NCBI GenBank assembly: GCA_963748215.1
Contig: CAVVHS010000006.1
Coordinates: 672,001 to 736,000 of the forward strand
Length of the DNA: 64,000 nt
Source of the DNA: an uncultured Gammaproteobacteria bacterium
Lineage (GTDB): Bacteria; Pseudomonadota; Gammaproteobacteria; UBA9214
Reading direction: 5' to 3'
Made by a program: the position numbers and the translations under genes. This document shows positions 51,693-61,599 of this stretch, one piece after another. Positions within the stretch are counted from its first letter, which is position 1, and the number at the start of each line of letters is the position of its first letter. The notes below the pieces were generated by a model. The model did no database searches, was not told where the DNA came from, and saw only the letters and a program-made list of their open reading frames with translations.

Positions 51693-52253
51693 TCAGGCAG
51701 CCTTGCGGCGGGCAACACCGACAAGACCCAGCAGGCCGGAACCAAACAGCCATACGGCAGCCGGTACCGGTACCGGGGTTACCTGGACCTGACCGGTGAC
51801 GTAGTCGACGGGAACATTGGCGCCGGCGACAGACCATCCGCCGAAGATATCTGCGAAGGTGATGTCCGTGGCGGATCCATCAGCACCGATGACATTGAAG
51901 CTGATATCAACAATATTGAAGTCCGATCCGAAGAAACCCACGCTGCGTCCAAGGAACACGAAATCCACTGTACCGGCTGCGGCGTTGAGGTCGCTAATAC
52001 TGACCGTATCCCAGTTCGGATCACTCACCACACTACCGGTGTACTGCAGCACGGTTGGGTCCCAGTTAAACGTGAAGGCGGCACCATCCACTGTATCCGT
52101 AAACAGCGTCCCCACAAGGTTCAGAGTCACTGACGGGGCCCCGCCGGTTAAAATCGGGTTGGGTTGTGTCAGCTGCACTGTATTGGCTGCGGCCTGCCCT
52201 GCTACCCCTAACATCACCAGTGAAGTCATGATTATCAAAAGCTTTTTATACAT
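51693..52253 (-). CDS. Cohesin-like domain protein with VPLPA/PEP-CTERM-type sorting signal
   Basis: Signal peptide; all-beta ~135-aa domain with FTFNWDPTVLQY and NIVDISFNVIGADGSATDITF; VPVPAAVWLFGSGLLGLVGVARRK tail. Confidence 0.8.
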   Translation of the reverse strand: MYKKLLIIMTSLVMLGVAGQAAANTVQLTQPNPILTGGAPSVTLNLVGTLFTDTVDGAAFTFNWDPTVLQYTGSVVSDPNWDTVSISDLNAAAGTVDFVFLGRSVGFFGSDFNIVDISFNVIGADGSATDITFADIFGGWSVAGANVPVDYVTGQVQVTPVPVPAAVWLFGSGLLGLVGVARRKAA

Positions 52254-52397
52254 TGTCGTAGTCCTCTCCGTAAATTAAACACAATTATATTTTTTCCAGA
52301 TCTATTCTGGTTTGTTCCCCTACCGGCTGAATTGATACAAGCATCGCACCCAACCGCTTCCTGCTAATCGCAAGCTGCACTTGCTGCGGAATATGCA

Positions 52398-52413
52398 CGC
52401 ACATTGCATGCCA
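52398..52413 (-). promoter_or_regulatory. Putative sigma54 promoter
   Basis: Minus strand TGGCATGCAATGTGC = GG-N10-GC, ~145 nt upstream of the start codon. Confidence 0.6.
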
Positions 52414-52487
52414 ACACACAATTCACGATAATTATCAGACACATATGCTACTTGATCCGGAAAGCCATCTGGAATCAATACACTGAC

Positions 52488-52618
52488 TGTAAGCTCTGCC
52501 GACGACGCGTGAACCAGGCATGCCGCCGCGAAAAAATTACAACATACTGTTTACATGAGATATTTACTTAAAGATCGGCCGCAGACACCCGAGCGGCTTT
52601 GTGTTAAAAATTCCGACG
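52488..52618. promoter_or_regulatory. Two putative enhancer boxes (TGT-N8-CCGACG)
   Basis: TGTAAGCTCTGCCGACG at 52488 and TGTTAAAAATTCCGACG at 52602, upstream of the sigma54 site; resemble the boxes recalled upstream of PEP-CTERM genes. Confidence 0.45.
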
Positions 52619-53024
52619 CCCGGCACGGGCTGGCTTCACCTCGCCCGCTGCCCGTGCATGGCTGAGTCCTGCTCATGACCGGGTAAACACCGGACATGTG
52701 ACCGGAAACACGCTGACTTGCCGGATAAGGCGGTGGTGCAGGATTCGACCCGCAACTGGCTGTGATTTGTCAGTAGGTTCTTCATCCGGGACTGATCTAG
52801 GAAGCTGGTCGCTCCCGGCATGGCCCAGGCCAGTCTCTCGACCCGGGCGATGCCCGTAATAGTGGCTCACCTTCTCCCTGTACATCGCGTGTAGGGGTAC
52901 ACGAGAACCAGCCAGTGCCGGGACAGGTACCGCCCATTGACATGATGTTTCGTGCCGAAGGGGTAATAGTTTTCTGGTTTCAGCTCTTTAGGTCGGGTAT
53001 TCGCCGCCCGGTGAGTCATGCGGG

Positions 53025-55775
53025 CTAGGGCAGCACGCCGGCAGGCCCGGGCGGCTGGCCCAGCAGGGCCTTGGTCAGGGTGAAATCGCTTGGATCGATG
53101 ATGCTGTTACCGTTCAGATCCTGATCCGGATGCCCTGACAGCCCGATGACGCTCTTCAGTTTCGTGAAATCGCTCGGATCAACGATCCCGTTCTGGTTGA
53201 AATCCGCATCACAGATGTTGCCAAATCCATCCCCGTCAGTATCCCGCTGGCTGTTCCCGCCGGCATCCGGCAGGATGGGACCATTCGCCACCAGGGTGCA
53301 GTTGTCACAGGCATCGCCGGCCCCGTCCCCGTCGGCATCCGCCTGGCGCGGATTCGTCGTGGCGGCACAATTGTCGCAGCCATCCGGAATGCCATCGCCG
53401 TCGGAATCCGCCCCACCGGTGGGACAACCCAGCAGGTTGTTGTAGGCCGCGACGACATCGATCAGGCCGTAGCCGTAATCGTTATCCGGCCCAGGATCGC
53501 CGAGGTCCCGGGCGGTATTGATCAGCACCGCCTCCAGGTGGGGTACGGTGGTGTCCGGGAAGGCGCTCAGTAGCAGGGCCATGGCACCGGAGACATGGGG
53601 TGCGGCGAACGAGGTACCGGAAACCGGCGGAAACACAACGGTGGGATTGCCGCCACTGGACAGATCGGTGGTTATGAGCTGATCACCCGGGGCCACGACC
53701 TCGGCGAAGACCGTGCTGTCGCACGTCGACGGCCCGCGACTGCTGTAAGACGCGACCGTGAGACCTTGATCCACGGCCCCGACGGCATAGCCTTCGGGAT
53801 TGTTGCCGGGGCTGATATCCGACTGCGGCCCCAGGGCACCGCGGTTTCCCGCCGCGAACACCACGGCAATGCCGGCCGCCTTGAGGATCTGGATATCGGT
53901 CTGAAACACGGTCTCACACAAGCCCGGCTGCAGTTCGAAGCCCCAGGAATTGTTCACCACATCGGGGGCGTCATCGGTGGCGGGATTACCGTCGGGATCG
54001 AGGACCCACTGGAAGGCCAGGGTGAAATCACTGAGACTGGCGTTACCGAAGTCGTCCCAGACTTTGGCGGCAATCCATTTCGCGCCCGGGGCCATACCAA
54101 TGGCTTTCAGCTCCTGATTGGCATCGCCACCCACCATCAGGCCCATGGTACGCGTGCCGTGGCCGGCGGCGTCAAAGGGTGTGAGGTACTGGCCATGCAC
54201 ATCGAACCAGCTGTTGCTGCCACCGCGCCAGCGCGGTGCCAGGTCCGGGTGATTCACATCGACCCCGGTGTCAATGCTGGCCACGACAGTGCCCTGACCG
54301 ATGTGGCCCATGGCCCACAGGTCGGGGGCGCCGGTGGCGGTGATATTCCACGTTGGAATGCTGGCAGGCGCCTCGTTGTCCAAAATCGTGCCCAGGCCAG
54401 TGGCGTCCACAAGGATGCCATTGACTGGATTGCTCAGGGTGACATTGAAAAGCTCATCGCCCTCGATCAACGCATCTTCCAGAACGGATACGGGAATCGT
54501 CCCGCTGGCCGCACTCGGCGCGAGCACCAGCTGCCCCGTCGCCGCCGTGTAGTCGGCGCCGGCACTGGCGGTTGCGTCGCTCGTGGCAAAATCCACCGTG
54601 ACTTCCGGCCCGGTGAGACCCGCACGGGTCACGGTAAACACCGCAGTGCCGGCCGCCTCGTCGACCGTCACGTCGTCGATGCCGAGGCGTGGCGTATCGT
54701 TATCGGTAATGGTAGCCGTGCCGACGGCATCGAGCAGTGTACCGATACTCAGGTTGCCGAGCGTGACGTCGAAGGTCTCGTCGCCCTCGATATCCACATC
54801 GTCCACGATGGGTACCTCGACCGTCCGGCTGGTCTCGCCCAGTGCGAAGCTCAGCTGACCCGTGACTGCGGTGTAGTCGTTTCCGGCAGCGGCGGTCCCG
54901 TCGCTGGTGGCAAAGTCCACCGTGACTGCCGTGGTGAGGCCAACCAGACGGCTGACGGTGAACAGCGCAGTGCCTGCCCCCTCGTCCACCGTCACGTCGT
55001 CGATGCTGAGGCGGGGTGTATCGTTATCGATAATGGTGCCGGTGGCGGTGAGCGTGCCGGACGGCGTGGTGATCGTGGCACCGACCGCATTGCTCAGGGT
55101 GAGAAAAAAGGTTTCGTCGCTTTCAATGTCGAGATCTTCCAGGATGGATACCGGGATCGTGCGGCTGGTCTGGCCCGGAAAAAAAGTCAGGTTGAAGTTG
55201 AGCGCGACATAATCTGCGCCTGCCGTGGCAGTATCATTTACCGTGGTGTAGTCCACCGTCACGGTGACGGCGCTGGCCTCCGACAGGGTCACCGTGAACA
55301 CGGCGCTGCCGCCTTCATTGACGCTGACGTCACCGATGGTCAGTTCGGGCACGGCGGCCGCCATCACGGGCAGCGGCACAGGTTCATCCAGTTTTATACT
55401 TTCGACGGCGGGAAAGTGACTCAGTGTACTGATGACTGACGCCGGCAACGTGGCCGCCACACCATTGATCAGCCACAGGCGCTTGATGTTCGAGATACCA
55501 CGGGCAGCGAAAAAGGTCTCCAGCCCGCGCTGGCCGAGGTTGGCTTGCTGTTTAAGTGCGGCAACGATCCTGCGGCGGCGCAGGCTGGCATCCCGATCCC
55601 TGAAGCGACTCAAATCGGCGCGGTCGGACAGGACGATGATGACAGGAAACCGGTCGGTCCCGGCCGCGCCAGCCAGCGCCGTCTGCAGCTTGGGATCCAG
55701 GGTCGCAGACCGGGCAGCGGTGCTGCAGAAGCAGAAACTGCCCGCGAGCAGGCAAACCAGCAGGGGCATGTTCAT
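53025..55775 (-). CDS. S8 subtilase with prodomain, 3 Calx-beta domains and C-terminal TSP3-dockerin module
   Basis: Triad IDTGVD / GHGTRTMG / SGTSFAAPHVSG; oxyanion AAGN; duplicated DxNxNxIxDPSDF at the C-terminus; start at 55775 or 55796. Confidence 0.9.
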   Translation of the reverse strand: MNMPLLVCLLAGSFCFCSTAARSATLDPKLQTALAGAAGTDRFPVIIVLSDRADLSRFRDRDASLRRRRIVAALKQQANLGQRGLETFFAARGISNIKRLWLINGVAATLPASVISTLSHFPAVESIKLDEPVPLPVMAAAVPELTIGDVSVNEGGSAVFTVTLSEASAVTVTVDYTTVNDTATAGADYVALNFNLTFFPGQTSRTIPVSILEDLDIESDETFFLTLSNAVGATITTPSGTLTATGTIIDNDTPRLSIDDVTVDEGAGTALFTVSRLVGLTTAVTVDFATSDGTAAAGNDYTAVTGQLSFALGETSRTVEVPIVDDVDIEGDETFDVTLGNLSIGTLLDAVGTATITDNDTPRLGIDDVTVDEAAGTAVFTVTRAGLTGPEVTVDFATSDATASAGADYTAATGQLVLAPSAASGTIPVSVLEDALIEGDELFNVTLSNPVNGILVDATGLGTILDNEAPASIPTWNITATGAPDLWAMGHIGQGTVVASIDTGVDVNHPDLAPRWRGGSNSWFDVHGQYLTPFDAAGHGTRTMGLMVGGDANQELKAIGMAPGAKWIAAKVWDDFGNASLSDFTLAFQWVLDPDGNPATDDAPDVVNNSWGFELQPGLCETVFQTDIQILKAAGIAVVFAAGNRGALGPQSDISPGNNPEGYAVGAVDQGLTVASYSSRGPSTCDSTVFAEVVAPGDQLITTDLSSGGNPTVVFPPVSGTSFAAPHVSGAMALLLSAFPDTTVPHLEAVLINTARDLGDPGPDNDYGYGLIDVVAAYNNLLGCPTGGADSDGDGIPDGCDNCAATTNPRQADADGDGAGDACDNCTLVANGPILPDAGGNSQRDTDGDGFGNICDADFNQNGIVDPSDFTKLKSVIGLSGHPDQDLNGNSIIDPSDFTLTKALLGQPPGPAGVLP

Positions 55776-56388
55776 TCTTGTTATCAGTCCGAGCATAGGT
55801 ACACTCAAGCAGCAGCCGGTGCTATTGTCAATTCGACTCTGGCTTACCGTGAGATGCTCGACCCTGAATTCCCCGATCACCAGTGTGACTTTATCCCCGC
55901 GCTGCACGCGCCGATCGGGATGGGAGAACCTCATGCCAGAGGCAAATCGCCCCCGCCTCGTCCAGGCCCGGAGTCATGCTGCTGACTCTGCCCGGATGCT
56001 CCTGGAACCCCTTTGACTATCCCGCCAGGCCAGTGAATGTATCCTGCATGCTCAAAGGCAGAATGCGTTCCACGCGCATCAAAAAAACACTGCAATGTCT
56101 GAACCTGGCCAATATATGTGTGCATTCACTCAGCAAGTTAGACAACAGGCGGGACTGAAGCGGCAACAGCCGGCATCCGGCAGCCGGGCTTGATCTTCTT
56201 TCACTATTAAGATTAACTTGTTACAACAAAATACTGATAAAACGCCTGGAAGCGGCCGGTCACTATAAAGTCATTCAGCCGCCCACAGATTTTTCTTGGC
56301 CCGCATCTTAACCATCAACAGCAGGCATACTGTGGAGCATCCACAGGCACGGAGTCCCGGGACGCTAGTCTTCATTAAGAGGTGCAAA

Positions 56389-58110
56389 ATGGCAGTGGCA
56401 ACAAACGAGCTCCTCAGCGCGAACGACCGGGATCTTGGCGAACGACTGGTCGCGTCTGGCAAACTCACCCGCGGTGATCTCGAACGCACCGTCCAGATCC
56501 AGCGCGGGACACGGGAACGGCTGGATTCATTGCTGGTCCGTTCGGGCCTGGTATCCGAACAGGACGCTGCGCAGGCGCTCGCCGAGCAGCTGTCACGGCC
56601 GCTGACAGGGCCCGCCGACTATCCGGATTTCCCACTGCTCGAAGAGCAGCTCTCGGTGAAGTTTCTCAAGCACCACAAGATCGTGCCCCTGTCCTGTGAC
56701 GACGAGCAGCTGGTGGTCGCCATGGCCGATGCGCGCGACAGCTACGCAGTCAATGCGCTGGAACTGGTCAGCGCGCGGCAGGTCGTGCCGTGGGTGGGCC
56801 TGCCCTCGGAGATCGATACCGCACTGGAACATCTCTACGGCGCCGGCAAGACCCAGATGGCGCGCATTGTTGACGACCTCGCCGAGGCCAGTGAAGAGAC
56901 CACCACGCAGGAGCAGATCGCCCAGCTCCGGGACCTGGCCAGCGAGGGACCCGTTATCCGCCTGGTAAATCTGCTGGTCGAACATGCCGTGGAAGCCCGG
57001 GCATCGGACATACATGTCGAACCCTTCGAACACAAGTTGCGCGTTCGCTACCGTCTGGATGGCATGCTGCAGGAAGTCGAGGCGCCCCCGGCGCGCCTGT
57101 CTGCGGCGGTCATCTCCCGCATCAAGATCATGGCAAAACTGGACATCGCGGAACGCCGTTTGCCGCAGGATGGACGCATTCGGCTGCGGGTACGCGGCAG
57201 CAGTGTGGATCTGCGTGTATCGACGCTGCCAACCATGCACGGCGAAAGCGTGGTAATGCGGCTGCTGTACAAGGACAATGCAACACACGACTTCAGGAGC
57301 CTTGGTTTCGATGACGAGATCCTCGAGATCTTCCTGAAGACCGTGCGCATGCCGAACGGCATCGTGCTGGTAACCGGCCCGACCGGCAGCGGCAAGACGA
57401 CCACCCTGTACGCGGCGCTGACCTTGCTCAACGATCCCGCCCGCAAAATCATTACCGTCGAGGACCCGATCGAGTACGAGCTGACGGGCATCAACCAGAT
57501 CCAGGTGAAATCACAGATCGGCCTGACCTTCGCCAACACCCTGCGTTCCATCGTGCGCCAGGACCCGGACGTGATCATGATCGGCGAAATGCGTGATCTC
57601 GAAACAGCGGAGATAGCCGTCCAGTCGGCCCTGACCGGTCATCTGGTGCTGTCCACATTGCACACCAACGACGCGGCAGGCAGCGTCACCCGCATGCTGG
57701 ACATGGGCCTGAAGGAGTACCTGGTGACGTCCGTACTCAACGGTGTGCTTGCCCAGCGCCTGGTGCGCAGGCTCTGTCAGCAGTGCCGCCGGGCCTACCA
57801 GCCGTTACCGGAACTGATCGAGCAGACCCGGCTGGACCGGCTGGCGGCGGGGAAACCGATCGAACTCTACGAAGCCGTCGGCTGCGAGCACTGCCGCGGC
57901 ACCGGGTACCAGGGCCGCACCACGATCATGGAAATGCTGGTGATGTCCGACCAGATCCGCAGCATGATACTGCAGCATGCCGATGCACGTGATATCGCCA
58001 GGGCCGCCATTGCGGCAGGTATGCGCACGATGTACGAGGACGGTCTGCGCAAGGTGCTTGCCGGCGAGACCACCCTGGGCGAGGTGTTGCGGGTTACCCA
58101 GGAGACCTAG
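56389..58110 (+). CDS. gspE: Type II secretion ATPase
   Basis: ASDIHVEP, GPTGSGKTTT, RQDPDVIMIGEMRD, tetracysteine motif, MshEN-like N-terminus; GAGGTG RBS. Confidence 0.93.
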   Translation: MAVATNELLSANDRDLGERLVASGKLTRGDLERTVQIQRGTRERLDSLLVRSGLVSEQDAAQALAEQLSRPLTGPADYPDFPLLEEQLSVKFLKHHKIVPLSCDDEQLVVAMADARDSYAVNALELVSARQVVPWVGLPSEIDTALEHLYGAGKTQMARIVDDLAEASEETTTQEQIAQLRDLASEGPVIRLVNLLVEHAVEARASDIHVEPFEHKLRVRYRLDGMLQEVEAPPARLSAAVISRIKIMAKLDIAERRLPQDGRIRLRVRGSSVDLRVSTLPTMHGESVVMRLLYKDNATHDFRSLGFDDEILEIFLKTVRMPNGIVLVTGPTGSGKTTTLYAALTLLNDPARKIITVEDPIEYELTGINQIQVKSQIGLTFANTLRSIVRQDPDVIMIGEMRDLETAEIAVQSALTGHLVLSTLHTNDAAGSVTRMLDMGLKEYLVTSVLNGVLAQRLVRRLCQQCRRAYQPLPELIEQTRLDRLAAGKPIELYEAVGCEHCRGTGYQGRTTIMEMLVMSDQIRSMILQHADARDIARAAIAAGMRTMYEDGLRKVLAGETTLGEVLRVTQET

Positions 58111-58236
58111 CCCGCCGTTCTCGCCGGGTGATTAAAAGTGACTTCAGGGAATCAAAGCGTGAAAGGAATACAATTACGCCAACCAGGCGCATGTCAACGG
58201 ACACAGCCCGTCCCAAAGAGACGTCCGGGCTAGTCC

Positions 58237-59466
58237 ATGCCACGGTTTCGCTACAAGGCGGTGGGCGAGGACGGCCAGCTGATCCAGGGTGAGCTGCAGG
58301 CACCCAGCCACGAGGCGGTTATCGACTGGCTCCAGGACCACGGACACACTCCGATTCGGGCGGTCGAGAGCGGTGCGGCCAAGGACACCCTCCCAAGCAG
58401 CGCCGCGCCGCGCCTGCCGCGCCCGCTGCAAAAACGTCGCAAGGTGGACATAGGCCATTTCACCCGCGACCTGAGCACCTTGCTGGCTGCAGGTCTACAG
58501 CTGGAAAGAGCACTGCAGATACTTGCTGAAATGGCAGAGGACACGAACACCGCCGGGCTGTTGTCACGCCTGCTCGATGAAATCCGTGAAGGTGCATCCC
58601 TGGCAGCCGCCATGGAGGCGCAACAGGGCGTATTCAGCAAGTTCTATCTCAACATGGTTCGGGCCGGTGAGGCCGGTGGTGCAGTAGAAACGGTGCTGGG
58701 CCGGCTCGCGGTGTTTATGGAGCAGTACGATGAGCTCAAGTCCAGCATCAAGTCCGCACTCATCTATCCCAGCATCCTGATCACCATCACCGTGGCCTCG
58801 GTAATCATACTCGTCGTCTTTGTGGTCCCGCAGTTCGCCGCGCTGTTCGAGGACATGGGACAGGAATTACCCCTGCCGACCCGGATCGTCATCGGGTTCG
58901 GGGAAGCCTTTCAGAAATACGGCCTGGTAGCTGCCCTGCTGGTGAGCGTGTTGATCTACCTGCTGCGGCGCCAGCTCGCGAAGCCGCAGTTCAGATACCG
59001 CTGGGACAAGTGGCTGCTGGGCCTGCCGCTACTGGGCGAGCTGATCACCAAGATCGAAGTCACGGTGTTTGCACGCACGCTGGGCACGTTACTGGCGAGC
59101 GGTGTACCGATGCTGACGGCGCTCGGCATCGTGAAGGAGACACACACCAATCGGCTACTGCGCCAGGCTGTGGAATCGATCGCGGACAACGTGGAGCAAG
59201 GTCAGGGTCTGGCCGGGCCGATGCTGGAAACCGGCCGCTTTCCCCGCCTCGCCTCGCATCTGGTCCAGGTCGGGGAGGAAACCGGCCAGCTGGAGCAGAC
59301 CCTGAATCGTCTCGCGGATATCTACGACCGCGAGGTGACCATCTCCATCCAGCGCATGCTGGCGCTGGTGGAGCCGGTCCTGATTATCGGGCTAGGAATT
59401 GTCGTCGGGGGTATTATCATGTCGATTCTCGTCGCTGTACTGAGCGTGAATGACCTGGCCTTCTGA
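58237..59466 (+). CDS. gspF: Type II secretion platform protein
   Basis: MVRAGEAGG, ALIYP, VVPQF, VGEETGQL, LVEP. Confidence 0.93.
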   Translation: MPRFRYKAVGEDGQLIQGELQAPSHEAVIDWLQDHGHTPIRAVESGAAKDTLPSSAAPRLPRPLQKRRKVDIGHFTRDLSTLLAAGLQLERALQILAEMAEDTNTAGLLSRLLDEIREGASLAAAMEAQQGVFSKFYLNMVRAGEAGGAVETVLGRLAVFMEQYDELKSSIKSALIYPSILITITVASVIILVVFVVPQFAALFEDMGQELPLPTRIVIGFGEAFQKYGLVAALLVSVLIYLLRRQLAKPQFRYRWDKWLLGLPLLGELITKIEVTVFARTLGTLLASGVPMLTALGIVKETHTNRLLRQAVESIADNVEQGQGLAGPMLETGRFPRLASHLVQVGEETGQLEQTLNRLADIYDREVTISIQRMLALVEPVLIIGLGIVVGGIIMSILVAVLSVNDLAF

Positions 59467-59548
59467 CCCTGCCTGCAGCGCCGTGCCGCACACGGGCCCG
59501 ATAACACAACGTTGCAAAGCTCGAACCATAAACAACTCCGGAAACTCT

Positions 59549-59989
59549 ATGAAAGCCCAACACAACAGACATACCCGACCCGACACCCGCGGCTTTACCC
59601 TGATCGAACTGCTGGTCGTACTGGTGATACTCAGCATGCTGGCCGGTCTGGTCGGGCCGCGCATCATGAAATATGTCGGTGAATCCAAGACCAAGACAGC
59701 CCGCCTGCAGATCCAGGAACTCGGTGCGGCCATCGATCTCTACCACCTGGACGTCGGGCGTTATCCGAGCAGTGAACAGGGGCTGAATGCCCTGCTCGAG
59801 AAACCGGCGGATGCCGAGCACTGGAACGGGCCCTACCTCAAGAAGAACAAGACACCGCAGGATCCCTGGGGCTTTGACTATCACTTCGAATCGCCGGGCA
59901 CGAATGGTCCTGTTGACCTGTACTCACTCGGCGCCGACAACGCGCAGGGTGGCACGGGCGAGAACCAGGACATCAACAGCTGGGAGTAA
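59549..59989 (+). CDS. gspG: T2SS major pseudopilin
   Basis: GFTLIELLVV; YPSSEQGLNAL, WNGPYL, DPWG, YSLGADNAQGGTGENQDINSW. Confidence 0.95.
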   Translation: MKAQHNRHTRPDTRGFTLIELLVVLVILSMLAGLVGPRIMKYVGESKTKTARLQIQELGAAIDLYHLDVGRYPSSEQGLNALLEKPADAEHWNGPYLKKNKTPQDPWGFDYHFESPGTNGPVDLYSLGADNAQGGTGENQDINSWE

Positions 59990-59995
59990 GGGTGC

Positions 59996-60499
59996 ATGAA
60001 TGCTCGCCGCATGCGCAAACACCCGGGTGCCGGACGGCAGGCGACCCGCGGCGCAGCGCCCCAGCCGCAGTCCGGTTTCACGCTGATTGAACTGCTGGTC
60101 GTCATACTCATCGCAACGCTGCTCATTGCCACGGTCCCGCCGCTGTTCACGGGCAGCATCTCCGGCGCAGAATCACGTGCCGCAGCGCGCCAGCTTGCCA
60201 CCGCTTTGCGAGCCGTGCGTGGCCAGGCCATCGCGCAGCATCAGGAGACCGCCCTTCTGCTCGACCTCGACCAGCGGCGCTACCGAATCTCCGCAGCAGA
60301 GCGCGAGTTCCAGCTGGACAAGGACCTCGCCCTTACCCTCACCATTGCCCGCGGACAGGTCCTGGAACAGAACCTGGGCAGTATCCGTTTCTTCCCGGAC
60401 GGGAGTTCGAGTGGCGGGCGCATCAAACTGGCCAGTGACAGGCACGCGTATGTGATCGATGTCGACTGGCTCACGGGCAAGATCGAGCTGCATGACTGA
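59996..60499 (+). CDS. gspH: T2SS minor pseudopilin H
   Basis: GFTLIELL; IRFFPDGSSSGG; VDWLTG. Confidence 0.88.
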   Translation: MNARRMRKHPGAGRQATRGAAPQPQSGFTLIELLVVILIATLLIATVPPLFTGSISGAESRAAARQLATALRAVRGQAIAQHQETALLLDLDQRRYRISAAEREFQLDKDLALTLTIARGQVLEQNLGSIRFFPDGSSSGGRIKLASDRHAYVIDVDWLTGKIELHD

Positions 60500-60899
60500 A
60501 ATCAGGCACTCTCCTCGCAGAGACAGGGGGTTCTCGCTGCTGGAGGTACTGGTGGCCTTTGCCATTCTCGCCATTTCCCTGGGAACGCTGTTTGCCCTGT
60601 TTTCCACCGGATTCAGAAACGTTGACGTGGCCCGGGATTACAACCGCGCCGTGATCATGGCCGAATCGAAGCTTGCGGAAATTGACGCGACGCAAACGCT
60701 GACAGCGGGTGTATACGAAGGTGAATTCGACCCGCGCTATCGCTGGAGTGCGGAAGTAAGCGAATATCTGGCAGACGACGCGGCAACCCGGCCGGCGTTG
60801 CAACTGCGCATCTACCGGGTGACGGTGACGGTGTCCTGGGGCGAGTCGCCGCGCCCCCGATCGGTGGTCCTGACCACCCTGAGGACTACGAGTGGCTAG
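60492..60899 (+). CDS. gspI: T2SS minor pseudopilin I
   Basis: GFSLLEVLVAFAIL; VTVTVSW; start overlaps the gspH stop. Confidence 0.85.
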   Translation: MTEIRHSPRRDRGFSLLEVLVAFAILAISLGTLFALFSTGFRNVDVARDYNRAVIMAESKLAEIDATQTLTAGVYEGEFDPRYRWSAEVSEYLADDAATRPALQLRIYRVTVTVSWGESPRPRSVVLTTLRTTSG

Positions 60900-61599
60900 C
60901 CCGTGTTGCGCTCGCGGACCAGCGACCGACAACAACGCCCTGCGGACGGGTCGTCGCCACCGCATGACCTCCCCGGCTGTTTCCGCAGCCCGGGGTTTTA
61001 CGCTGCTGGAGCTGATCATTGCCATCACCCTGTCCGGCCTGATCATGGTGCTCGCATTCAGTGCGATGCGACTGGCCATCAGCAGCTGGCGCACCGTGGA
61101 GTCCGTCGATGCCAGCCTGGAAGAACTCCAGGTGGTGCAGGGATTTCTACGCCGCCAGCTCGAGCAGGCCAGGAGCATGACCCGCACCAACCAGTCGGAG
61201 CAGAACACCACGCTGAAAGGCAATGCACGCGCCCTGAATTTCATCGCCCCGATGCCGGGCAGCCGGCTCGGTGTCTGGGGCCTGTACCGGTTCACTCTGG
61301 CCTTCGTCCCGGTGGATTCCGGTACGAATCTGCAAATCACGTACTGGCTGGCCTTGCCGCCGGCGGATCCGGACCGGATTGCCGGTGAGGCACAGACCCG
61401 AATCCTGCTCAGGGACCTCGAATCCGGTGCCTTTTCCTACTATGGCACGCCGACGGCCAAGGAGCCGGCGACATGGCACGATGAATGGGCCAGCGATGCG
61501 TCATTGCCCCAGCTGGTCAGGGTGCGGCTGCTCAGCCGGGACAAGGCAAACTACTGGCCGGACCTCATCATACCCGTCCATGCGCGGGGTAATGGCTGA
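60892..61599 (+). CDS. gspJ: T2SS minor pseudopilin J
   Basis: GFTLLELIIA; WHDEW...LPQLVRV...WPDL; start may be 60964. Confidence 0.85.
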   Translation: MASPCCARGPATDNNALRTGRRHRMTSPAVSAARGFTLLELIIAITLSGLIMVLAFSAMRLAISSWRTVESVDASLEELQVVQGFLRRQLEQARSMTRTNQSEQNTTLKGNARALNFIAPMPGSRLGVWGLYRFTLAFVPVDSGTNLQITYWLALPPADPDRIAGEAQTRILLRDLESGAFSYYGTPTAKEPATWHDEWASDASLPQLVRVRLLSRDKANYWPDLIIPVHARGNG

